A stretch of DNA of 64,000 nt, from positions 55,479 to 119,478 of the forward strand of contig JBAZXO010000002.1 in the NCBI GenBank assembly GCA_041659785.1. Direction: 5' to 3'. This DNA comes from Minisyncoccota bacterium. Its GTDB lineage: Bacteria; Patescibacteriota; Minisyncoccia; Phycocordibacterales; UBA9973. Below the pieces are notes generated by a model. It ran no database searches, was not told the DNA's origin, and saw only the letters and a program-made list of their open reading frames with translations. Shown in pieces: positions 37,323 through 45,794 of the stretch. Made by a program: the position numbers and the translations under genes. Every line of letters begins with the position of its first letter. The first letter of the stretch is position 1.

Positions 37323-38207
37323 TTATTGATTAGTTCCTGTTGTCGTAGGGGTCGTATTTGTTGATGTAGTACTTGTGCTAGCTTTTAGATCAGCTTCTAT
37401 TTTTAGTTGTACCGCATTCTTTAAGGATTTTACAGCATTGTTTAGGGCAAGATGGGCATCTCTTATAAGAGTTTGAATCTCTTGCGCTAGAGTTATTAAC
37501 TTTGCTTTATTTTCAGACGTTAATTCGTTAATTGATACTGCGAGTAAAACGTGAGCTTCCGCAATCTTTACTTCGGCATTAGTTAAATCTGTATCAGCTG
37601 TAAGTGTGAAAGTTTTAGCTTCTGTAACTACTACTCCTTTTGCTTCAAGTGCCACTATTGCAGCGTTAACTCTGTCTTTCAATTCGCTAATTCTTTCTAC
37701 CGCATTATCAAATTTTTCTAATGCATTTTCTCGTCCAGTTATGCGGTCTTCTTTCTCTTTAGCTTTCACCTCATCTTTCTCATTTTTGATTTCAGCCTTC
37801 AGATCTTCCATTTTTTGTTTTGCTTGTTCTCGAGCGTTTTCATTTTCTTTTTGCTTTGCTTCAATTTTTATTTCTAATTCATTCTGAGATGCTTCTATTT
37901 GGTCTTTTGTTTTGCCCTTTATTTCAATCTTTATCTCATTATCATCACTCTCTCTTAATCTTATGAGCGGTGAGTTCTTTGATTTTTCTGTGTCTTTTGT
38001 ATCCCCTGAATCAGGACATTCTGCAAATTCACAATCTGGACCTGTTCTACTGACAAAAGACCCGTCGTCACACTGCTTAGCTTCTGTGGTGCATGCTTTT
38101 ACATTAGCACCTACATTTAACTTAATAGAGTCTTCTGCTTTGGTGACATTAGTGCTAAAGACAAATGCCATTATTAAAACAATAAACAAACTTAAATATT
38201 TTTTCAT
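37323..38207 (-). CDS. Secreted coiled-coil protein with a Cys-rich N-terminal module and a Thr-rich tail
   Basis: Signal peptide, CTTEAKQCDDGSF...CEFAEC, long K/E-rich coiled coil, C-terminal TSTTSTNTTPTTTGTNQ. Confidence 0.5.
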   Translation of the reverse strand: MKKYLSLFIVLIMAFVFSTNVTKAEDSIKLNVGANVKACTTEAKQCDDGSFVSRTGPDCEFAECPDSGDTKDTEKSKNSPLIRLRESDDNEIKIEIKGKTKDQIEASQNELEIKIEAKQKENENAREQAKQKMEDLKAEIKNEKDEVKAKEKEDRITGRENALEKFDNAVERISELKDRVNAAIVALEAKGVVVTEAKTFTLTADTDLTNAEVKIAEAHVLLAVSINELTSENKAKLITLAQEIQTLIRDAHLALNNAVKSLKNAVQLKIEADLKASTSTTSTNTTPTTTGTNQ

Positions 38208-38329
38208 ATTTCTCTTATGGCCACGCCTTGGCGGGGCAAATTAATTTAGTAAATTAGTAATAATAAATAGGTTCGACACCTATTCATTATACACCAATTA
38301 TGACGTTGTAAAGACCAAGAATATTACAA

Positions 38330-40360
38330 CTAGATCAAGAAAACGACCAAAAGTAAGGCAACGATGTTTAAGATCTTTATCATTGGGTTTATGGCAGGAC
38401 CAGCTGTGTCTTTATAAGGGTCTCCGACGGTATCACCCGTAACTGCAGCTTTGTGGGCATCGCTACCCTTGCCACCGTGGTTGCCTTGTTCAATGTGTTT
38501 CTTAGCATTGTCCCAAGCGCCTCCACCGGAGGTCATTGAAATAGCCACGAAGAGTCCAGTGACGATAGATCCAACGAGGAGTCCTCCTAGAACTATTAAA
38601 CCATTATTTTTTCCAAAAACTAGAACTACAACTATCGGCGCAAGCACAGGGATGAGTGCTGGCAAAATCATTTGTTTGATAGCTGCACCAGTGATGATGG
38701 AAACTGCTTTAGCGTAATCAGGTTTTGCCGTACCTTCCATGATTCCTTTTATTTCTCTGAATTGTCTGCGGATTTCTTCTACAACTTTTCCTGCAGTTTT
38801 TCCTACAGCTTCCATGCAAAGTGCACCGAAATAATATGGTAGAAGTCCTCCCAAGAATAGACCGATGATTACGTAAGGATTAGTTAAATCGAAAGTGATA
38901 GCTTTTCCAGCTTTTATAATTTCTTCTGTGTAAGAAGCGAATAGTACAAGTGCAGCGAGGCCTGCAGAGCCGATAGCATAACCCTTCGTGACAGCCTTTG
39001 TGGTATTTCCAACAGCATCGAGGGGGTCAGTGACATTTCGAACTGATTCTGGAAGTTCTGCCATCTCTGCGATTCCTCCGGCATTGTCAGTAATAGGACC
39101 ATAAGCATCTATCGCAACAATGATTCCTGTCATTGAGAGCATAGACATTGCAGCGACGGCTATACCGTAAAGTCCAGCTGCATTGTAACTAACAAATATT
39201 CCTAGGACGATTGTGATCAAGGGTAAAGCAGTAGCTTTCATAGAGATAGCTAAACCTTGAATAACATTTGTGCCGTGACCAGAGACGGATGCTTCTGCAA
39301 TTGATTTTACTGGATAGTATTTTGTAGAAGTGAAATATTCTGTAATGACGACGAGAGCTCCAGTAACAAAGAGTCCAACAAGAGAAGAAATAAATAAAGA
39401 CATTACTGAATATTTACCATTACCTTCCATTAATAATTTTGTAACAGGATAAAAGAGGACTGCGGCAATAACGCCAGAAGCAATGAGACCCTTGTATAGG
39501 GCACCCATGATGTTTTGTTTTTTACCCAAACGTACGAACCATGTACCGATGATAGATGCAAAAATTGCTATTCCACCTATTACGAGAGGGAAGATAATAG
39601 CGTTTTCAAAACCTACAAAAAGAAGTGAACCTAGAAGCATCGTAGCGACTGAGGTAACAGCATAAGTTTCAAATAAATCAGCGGCCATACCAGCACAGTC
39701 TCCAACATTGTCTCCGACATTGTCTGCGATAACTCCAGGATTTCTTGGATCATCTTCTGGAATGCCTGCTTCTAGTTTGCCTACGAGGTCAGCACCCACG
39801 TCTGCAGCTTTAGTAAAAATTCCTCCACCGAGTCTTGCGAAAATAGAAATGAGAGATGCACCGAAGCCAAGTCCAACGAGAGCAGTGACATCTTTTGTAA
39901 TTGCATAAAAAGCAGTAACACCGAGAAGGGCAAGACCGACTACAAGGAGTCCAGTAACTGTGCCACCTTTAAAAGCGAGAGAAAGAGCTTCGTTGATTCC
40001 ACTTCGGGCAGCTTCTGTCGTTCGGACATTTGCTCTAACGGATACATTCATACCGATATATCCTGCAAGTCCAGAAAAAACAGCCCCAACAAGGAAACCC
40101 ATTGCCATTGTAAAACCGAGCTTCGGAGTGAGTGCAATGACAAGGAAAAGTATCACAGCGATAAAGCCGATAGTTTTGTATTGTTTATTTAAATAAGCAG
40201 AGGCTCCCTCTTGGATTGCTTTAGCTATCTCCTGCATGCGTTCATTGCCGGGGCTCTTTTTTAATATTATTTTAGCGAGAAATAAACCGTAAACGATAGC
40301 GATAAACGAACTGATGATTGCGAACAATAAAAATTGATTCATATCTTTTTTGCCAAACAA
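38330..40360 (-). CDS. hppA: Membrane-bound proton/sodium-translocating pyrophosphatase
   Basis: [18 protein letters not shown] and [19 protein letters not shown] signature motifs. 676 aa, multi-TM. Confidence 0.95.
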   Translation of the reverse strand: MFGKKDMNQFLLFAIISSFIAIVYGLFLAKIILKKSPGNERMQEIAKAIQEGASAYLNKQYKTIGFIAVILFLVIALTPKLGFTMAMGFLVGAVFSGLAGYIGMNVSVRANVRTTEAARSGINEALSLAFKGGTVTGLLVVGLALLGVTAFYAITKDVTALVGLGFGASLISIFARLGGGIFTKAADVGADLVGKLEAGIPEDDPRNPGVIADNVGDNVGDCAGMAADLFETYAVTSVATMLLGSLLFVGFENAIIFPLVIGGIAIFASIIGTWFVRLGKKQNIMGALYKGLIASGVIAAVLFYPVTKLLMEGNGKYSVMSLFISSLVGLFVTGALVVITEYFTSTKYYPVKSIAEASVSGHGTNVIQGLAISMKATALPLITIVLGIFVSYNAAGLYGIAVAAMSMLSMTGIIVAIDAYGPITDNAGGIAEMAELPESVRNVTDPLDAVGNTTKAVTKGYAIGSAGLAALVLFASYTEEIIKAGKAITFDLTNPYVIIGLFLGGLLPYYFGALCMEAVGKTAGKVVEEIRRQFREIKGIMEGTAKPDYAKAVSIITGAAIKQMILPALIPVLAPIVVVLVFGKNNGLIVLGGLLVGSIVTGLFVAISMTSGGGAWDNAKKHIEQGNHGGKGSDAHKAAVTGDTVGDPYKDTAGPAINPMIKILNIVALLLVVFLI

Positions 40361-40394
40361 ATTATTTTACTTCTGAATGGTCTGGGGATTTTTT

Positions 40395-40408
40395 CCGAGG
40401 ACCTGAAG
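40395..40408. repeat. Fragment of the family-A element (ccgaggacctgaag, reverse orientation) between hppA and nusA
   Basis: It is the reverse complement of the cttcaggtcctcgg/cttcgggtcctcgg cores at 7686 and 29795. Confidence 0.3.
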
Positions 40409-40466
40409 AAAAAAAGATAATTTATTTGGCCTACGTTAAATTACTAATATTAATAATAAATTTACT

Positions 40467-41651
40467 TTATTTTTCCTCAATTATTTCAACTTTTTCACCG
40501 TCTGTACTTGCTACTTCTTTATCATCACCTTTGATATCTATTCTCCAGCCTGTAAGTTTCGCGGCGAGACGGACATTTTGTCCACCTTTACCAATAGCAA
40601 GAGAAAGCTGATCATTTGCTACTTCTACTGTTGCTTTGTGTTCTTTCTCATCTATATCGATAGAAATAACTTTCGCTGGGGAAAGAGCATTAGAAACAAA
40701 TTGTGTAGGATTTTCAGACCAAGGAATTATATCAATTTTTTCTCCAGAAAGTTCTGTGGTAATAGTATTTACTCGAGTACCTTTTTGTCCGACGCATGAG
40801 CCGACAGCGTCTATATGCTCATCGTTTGAATAAACTGCGATTTTAGAACGCGCACCTGCTTCACGAGCAACTGATTTTATTTCCACTACTCCATTTTCTA
40901 TTTCTGGTGCTTCCATTGCGAAAAGTTTCTCTATAAATTTAGGATGGGTACGAGAAAGGCGCAAATTTATACCTCTTGGTGTATCTTCTACGCTGTAGAG
41001 ATAAGCTCGGACTCTGCGGCCACGTTCCCAATATTCTCCGGGAATTTGTTCTTCGGCAGGGAGGATACCAGTAGCTCTGTTGAAATCAACGTAGACATTT
41101 CCACGTTCTACTTTTTGTACGATACCAGAAATTATTTCTCCTTCCTTTGTACCATATTCGTCTATGATGGATGTGCGTTCTGCTTCACGAATTTTCTGAA
41201 CAATGACTTGCTTGGCTGTTTGAGCAGCGATACGTCCGTAATCATCTTTCGCTTCCAATGGGAAAATAATCTCATCATTGAGTTCTACTCCCTTTTTTAT
41301 TTTTTTTGCATCTTCGAGGAGAATATGGTGTTCGCTATTGAAGTGTACGCGTTCGTCACCTTCTGTTTTTAAAGAATATTCAACCTCATCCCCCGCCTTC
41401 CCCTGAGAGGGTTGGGGTGAGGTGTCCAAGATTGCAATACTTTCGTCGACTACAATTTTTACTTGGAAGAAATCTGTTTTACCAGTTTCCATGTCGAATT
41501 TAGCTCGAACGATTTGTCCTTTCTTGCCGTAATCTTTTTTATAAGCGGCGGCCATCGCTTGTTCTATCGCTTCTAGAATTTTTTCCTTTGGAATTTTTCT
41601 CTCTTCCTCTAACTGCTCGAGTGCTGATTTGAATGTTTTTATATCTAACAT
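40467..41651 (-). CDS. nusA: Transcription termination/antitermination factor NusA
   Basis: N-terminal domain, S1, and two KH domains (GxxG loops). Confidence 0.9.
   Translation of the reverse strand: MLDIKTFKSALEQLEEERKIPKEKILEAIEQAMAAAYKKDYGKKGQIVRAKFDMETGKTDFFQVKIVVDESIAILDTSPQPSQGKAGDEVEYSLKTEGDERVHFNSEHHILLEDAKKIKKGVELNDEIIFPLEAKDDYGRIAAQTAKQVIVQKIREAERTSIIDEYGTKEGEIISGIVQKVERGNVYVDFNRATGILPAEEQIPGEYWERGRRVRAYLYSVEDTPRGINLRLSRTHPKFIEKLFAMEAPEIENGVVEIKSVAREAGARSKIAVYSNDEHIDAVGSCVGQKGTRVNTITTELSGEKIDIIPWSENPTQFVSNALSPAKVISIDIDEKEHKATVEVANDQLSLAIGKGGQNVRLAAKLTGWRIDIKGDDKEVASTDGEKVEIIEEK
41383..41428. repeat. GC-rich near-palindromic insertion inside nusA (cctcatcccccgccttcccctgagagggttggggtgagg), read in-frame as LDTSPQPSQGKAGDE
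   Basis: Outer arms cctcatcccc / ggggtgagg. It is a GC island in an AT-rich gene. Confidence 0.35.
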
Positions 41652-41982
41652 AATTGATTTTCTTGAGCGAAGCGATTTAACATGGTTTTTAAAATATATT
41701 CGCCTTGCTCATTATTTTAATAAAAAAGCCCTGTTTCTGACAGGACTTATATGGGAAGAATATACCATAAAACATATTTAAATGCAAATTACACAACAAA
41801 CAGAGTTAAATTTTGTACATTTGTATTTTCATGTTTAATTATTGACATACTAACGTTAGTATTGCGAAATTTAAAAATGTGTGTTATAGCTATAAAAAAG
41901 ATTGTTCATTGTTAATTAAATAAACTCAATGGGAATCCTCCCATAACTTCAGGCTTAAATGCCAATCGAAAGGAGTAATACA

Positions 41983-43140
41983 ATGGAAAAGATTAGATAT
42001 TTCGGGGAATGGGCTTGTGTAAATGGCTATGCCTTTAATACACAAACTAAACAGTTAATTGATTTAAAAGATCATCTTATCTCTAGAGAGTTTCTCAGCT
42101 CAAAGATTTTTAAGGATATAGTTAATTCTGATTTAAGTAAAGTATACGAGAAAAGAAAAGCTAATCAAATATTAGCCCTAGAGATAACTGAAAGATGTAA
42201 CTACGAATGCCGTTATTGTTTTGAAGGTAATAGTAGTCAAATCAAAAACAATTCTCTTAGTTTTCAAAAAGCATGTAATGCTATTGATAAATTACCAAAT
42301 GGCAGTAAGTTAAGATTTTTTGGTGGTGAACCATTACTGGAATTTGATTTGATAAAAGATATGGTTGCGAAATATCCACAACACATATATTCAATAGTTA
42401 CTAATGGTAGTCTAGTAACATCTGAAATTGCCAGCTTTCTTGCTGAGCACAAATTTTCTGTTGGTCTTTCTTATGATGGTTATGGATGGCAAAAAAGAAA
42501 TAGAATATGCCGAAATCATGATTCACAGCATGATTTTGAAAATGCTATCAAGCTTTTATCAGAAGCCGGTGTTTATGTAGGGATTTCAACAGTAGTAACA
42601 AAAGAAAGCATACCTAGTTTATATGATATTCATCTTGAAGTATTTGATGATTATCCGATTAGTGGTTGGGCTTATTTGATTGGCTATACAAGCGATATGA
42701 CTTTTTTAGATTTAGATATATTTAGAAATAATTTAATGGGAATCATTGAAGATTTTCCAGCAAGACATTTACTTAAAATAAATGATCTCAGAAGATGGTC
42801 TATGAAAGTTACAGGAGAGTGGCCCATTGATGGATTTTGTGGGGCTGGTGCTTGTTATAAAGCAATAACAAGTCAAGGAGAAGAAAGATTCTGCCCATTT
42901 TTCCTTAGAGAGCCATCTTGTTATGGGCCAAGTATTGGGTTAGTTGAAGTTAATTGCAAAAAATGCCAAATTTGGAATTTTTGCAAAGGCGGATGTTTAG
43001 CATTGAATTTATATGGTTCTGGGTCAACAAACAAAAGTCATCCATTTTCATGTAAGAAAAACCATATTTATTTCGAAGCTGGATTAAGAACTAGAATAAA
43101 AATAAGAGAAGAAATTGAAAATCCAGCCAAAATGCGATAA
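41983..43140 (+). CDS. Radical SAM/SPASM maturase (ranthipeptide/sactipeptide-maturase type)
   Basis: ITERCNYECRYC is a CX3CX2C cluster. GGEPLL. C-terminal SPASM cysteines CGAGACYKAI...CPFF...CYGP...CKKCQIWNFCKGGC. An AAGGAG RBS sits before the ATG at 41983; the track uses 41959. Confidence 0.85.
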   Translation: MEKIRYFGEWACVNGYAFNTQTKQLIDLKDHLISREFLSSKIFKDIVNSDLSKVYEKRKANQILALEITERCNYECRYCFEGNSSQIKNNSLSFQKACNAIDKLPNGSKLRFFGGEPLLEFDLIKDMVAKYPQHIYSIVTNGSLVTSEIASFLAEHKFSVGLSYDGYGWQKRNRICRNHDSQHDFENAIKLLSEAGVYVGISTVVTKESIPSLYDIHLEVFDDYPISGWAYLIGYTSDMTFLDLDIFRNNLMGIIEDFPARHLLKINDLRRWSMKVTGEWPIDGFCGAGACYKAITSQGEERFCPFFLREPSCYGPSIGLVEVNCKKCQIWNFCKGGCLALNLYGSGSTNKSHPFSCKKNHIYFEAGLRTRIKIREEIENPAKMR

Positions 43141-43254
43141 ACAATAAACTAACCAAAATAATTACAAGTCCAAAGGAGGTGGTGTTTATGATTGTATGAT
43201 GGGCATAGTTTCAGTTTGTTAACTTCAAATGATCAAAACCCAAGGGAGGTATGC

Positions 43255-43416
43255 ATGACTCGCGCAAAGCAGTACTCTGAACTGGAGAGAGGAGAGAAAA
43301 GAAGAAGAATTCTTTCCAGGTACGGCGCAAAGACACAAAGTCAAGGTTGTGACACGCCGTGCGATACACCATGTGACACGCCATGTGACACGCCGTGCGA
43401 TACACCGTGTGGGTAA
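43255..43416 (+). CDS. RiPP precursor peptide, 53 aa: MTRAKQYSELERGEKRRRILSRYGAKTQSQG-(CDTP)5-CG, with six Cys in the last 22 residues
   Basis: GGAGG RBS 5 nt before the ATG. The 12-nt tandem repeats vary only at synonymous positions (tgt/tgc, gac/gat, acg/aca, ccg/cca). A terminator hairpin follows immediately. The longer 74-aa track ORF from 43192 has no RBS. Confidence 0.6.
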   Translation: MTRAKQYSELERGEKRRRILSRYGAKTQSQGCDTPCDTPCDTPCDTPCDTPCG

Positions 43417-43434
43417 CACCCTAATGTGAACATG

Positions 43435-43468
43435 GAGGTGGTAATTAATTTACCACCTCTTTTTTATA
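43435..43468. terminator. Hairpin gaggtggtaa-ttaat-ttaccacctc plus T6 after the precursor gene; shared with the convergent gene
   Basis: Read directly. Confidence 0.55.
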
Positions 43469-44071
43469 TATTTTTATAACCTCCGCTACCCATTCATCAA
43501 AATTAATATTTTCTTTTATCCATAAGTTGAAAATTTTTTCACGAATATTTTTATGATTTGGATATCCTTCGTCAAGTCTGTCAATAATATTAGCAAATTC
43601 CTTATTTATGATTACAGTTATTATTTCCTTCAGCTCATTTCTTTCTTTTTCCGAAATTAAATCAGAGGTTTTTGAAATGTTGTTAAATTTTAAGAATTTT
43701 TTGCTATTTATATAATTATAAAAATAAATGTGGCTAATTTCATGAATGATTACTGCAGGATATTTATTAAATGAATGATATTGGCTTATTGATATATATG
43801 ATTTCTTGCTGTTATGAAGAGAGACTGGTGTGTTGTTAATATAATAATCGAAATCATTTATTTTATAAGATAAGCTTGTTAGTTTATTAAATCTCGCGAA
43901 TATTTTTTTTCCGTACTTATTAAAATATCTATTTAAATAAATAATTAAAAAAGGAGATGTTAAGGATTTTGAATTATTTTTATTTTTTGGTATTTTATTA
44001 CCCCAAACTTTGTCTAGATTTTTAATCATCTTTTTAGACCAAATATCAATTTTTTTATCATACTTAAACAT
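43445..44071 (-). CDS. Hypothetical protein with an HExxH motif (HEISH); candidate zinc metallopeptidase / leader peptidase
   Basis: AVIIHEISHIYFYNY. Very AT-rich, with no other recognisable domain. Confidence 0.4.
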   Translation of the reverse strand: MFKYDKKIDIWSKKMIKNLDKVWGNKIPKNKNNSKSLTSPFLIIYLNRYFNKYGKKIFARFNKLTSLSYKINDFDYYINNTPVSLHNSKKSYISISQYHSFNKYPAVIIHEISHIYFYNYINSKKFLKFNNISKTSDLISEKERNELKEIITVIINKEFANIIDRLDEGYPNHKNIREKIFNLWIKENINFDEWVAEVIKIYKKEVVN

Positions 44072-44206
44072 AGTTTTAGTTTAAAACAAGTATTGTTTCA
44101 TTATAACAATAATAATCAACAAAATATAGCTCTATTTAGACATCGGACGTCCAGGTGACAGTTGTATATAGAAATATGAGGAGTATAATAAGGGGGAATA
44201 GGTGGT

Positions 44207-44240
44207 TGCAATTTTGGCGAGAACATGGTATAATAGCCAT
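44207..44240 (+). promoter_or_regulatory. Strong promoter TTGCAA-17-TGGTATAAT (extended -10) with a ~130-nt leader upstream of the lipoprotein gene
   Basis: Read directly. Confidence 0.45.
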
Positions 44241-44376
44241 GAGTAAAGTATAAATCCTGAACTTTGTCATTTTAATAGGAGAAGTAAAAAATATTAAATT
44301 AGTTCTTGAAATTAGAAATATGGCAATTTCGCCAATTTCTTTCCGCACGATTGCGGACATCCCATAGGAGGGGATC

Positions 44377-45609
44377 ATGTTTAAGTTCATGCAAGTTCTT
44401 CGTAATACCTTGGTGTTGTCCGGAGTCCTGACTCTCGGGTTTAACATCAGCTGTTCTGGAGGAGGTGGGGACCCAAAACCAAACCCACCACCTGTCGTGA
44501 CTTACGTCACGACGATTGATCCGAAGGAGGGGACGCATTCTAGTCCTCTCTCTACAACTACAGAAGCGGGGAAACCCACTTCGTTCGGTATTACTCTTGA
44601 TGCGGGGTATTCGAACCCCGTACTTACCCCCATGGTGGGAACAATTGCGCCTGGTGTGACTACGGGAACGTATGTTTACACCATTCCATCCGTCAATGCG
44701 ACTTCAACAATCGTCTTGACGGCGACAAAAGATCCGACGCTTTACAAGGTTTCGGGAAAGGTGACCGGTGTCAACATCAGTGGCCTAACTATGACCTTGC
44801 AGTCAACAGGCAAGTCTGTGTTGACAGATGCCAACGGGAACTACACCTTTTACGGTGTGCCTACTGGCAACGACGTTATAACACCCAGTGGGCCTGTGAA
44901 ATTCTCTCCCACATATCGCAATGTCGGCATTAACAATGCCGATTCCGTCGGTAATGACTTCACGACGACGTTGGTGGAAGGTTCTCCGGAAATGGCGATT
45001 TCCATCATTTACAGAGATTATGGAGATGGACGAGTGACTACTGTGATAGCACAGTCTATGACTCCATTGGTTCTAGGGGATGTTCTTACTTTCTGGGGGA
45101 AAAAACCTGGTGAAAGTATTTCTACCCAGTGGCATGATCCTGTTATAATAGACTCCAATCTTGCTGGGAGATACATGACGTTTTACTTTTACGACGGCAA
45201 GGACTTTTTCGACGTCCTCCCTGACGGCACCAAGAAGTTCTGGCTGCCCGGGTCTGCTGTCTTCGAAGTAAGGGACAAAAAATTGTCAGGATTGACGACG
45301 TTTGTGCTAGCAGAAGTACCTGTACCAGGGGATCCTAATCGAACATTCGGCCCTCTTGTAAGGGTTGATGTTTCCCCAGATGGAAAGAGCGCTCAGCTCT
45401 TCGGTGAAGGGTTAGCTGGAACGGTGGTCGAACTTTACCAAATGGTAGGTACGGCTTTTCGGTCAGTTACTTTGGTACCCCAGAACGGAATCATCACCAT
45501 TCCGTCCGATTTCTACGGTCTCAAATCTCCAGTAACGGTTGTGTTCAGAAAGCAGGATGGGAGTTATCTGTGCTCCACTGCTTATCCTGACATACCCAAG
45601 CAACAATAA
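44377..45609 (+). CDS. Secreted/lipoprotein-like protein with a CarboxypepD_reg-like beta-sandwich segment; GC-rich relative to the rest of the window
   Basis: Signal peptide ending ...LTLGFNISC. YKVSGKVTGVNISGLTMTLQSTGKSVLTDANGNYTFYGVP motif. Confidence 0.55.
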   Translation: MFKFMQVLRNTLVLSGVLTLGFNISCSGGGGDPKPNPPPVVTYVTTIDPKEGTHSSPLSTTTEAGKPTSFGITLDAGYSNPVLTPMVGTIAPGVTTGTYVYTIPSVNATSTIVLTATKDPTLYKVSGKVTGVNISGLTMTLQSTGKSVLTDANGNYTFYGVPTGNDVITPSGPVKFSPTYRNVGINNADSVGNDFTTTLVEGSPEMAISIIYRDYGDGRVTTVIAQSMTPLVLGDVLTFWGKKPGESISTQWHDPVIIDSNLAGRYMTFYFYDGKDFFDVLPDGTKKFWLPGSAVFEVRDKKLSGLTTFVLAEVPVPGDPNRTFGPLVRVDVSPDGKSAQLFGEGLAGTVVELYQMVGTAFRSVTLVPQNGIITIPSDFYGLKSPVTVVFRKQDGSYLCSTAYPDIPKQQ

Positions 45610-45617
45610 TCTCAAAG

Positions 45618-45660
45618 TGCTGATACGTCAGCCCGCCGACAGAAATGCCGGCGGTTTTTT
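45618..45660 (+). terminator. Hairpin gcccgccg...cggcggttttttat
   Basis: Read directly. Confidence 0.4.
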
Positions 45661-45794
45661 ATTTTAATTGTACTATTCACTTGTTTTTTATTTTGTAGTA
45701 TAATCAAGTAGTTATAAAGTTGAAAATTATAAGGCTATTTTTGATTATTATTTAATTTAAGTAAAAGTAATAAATATCTTTTACTTCTAATGGG

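Noticed and set aside
43211-43419. Two 64-aa minus-strand ORFs (RRVTWRVTW...)
   Set aside because: They are antisense reading frames of the (CDTP)5 12-nt tandem repeat and have no RBS. The plus-strand peptide has an RBS, a terminator and a synonymous-only repeat variation.
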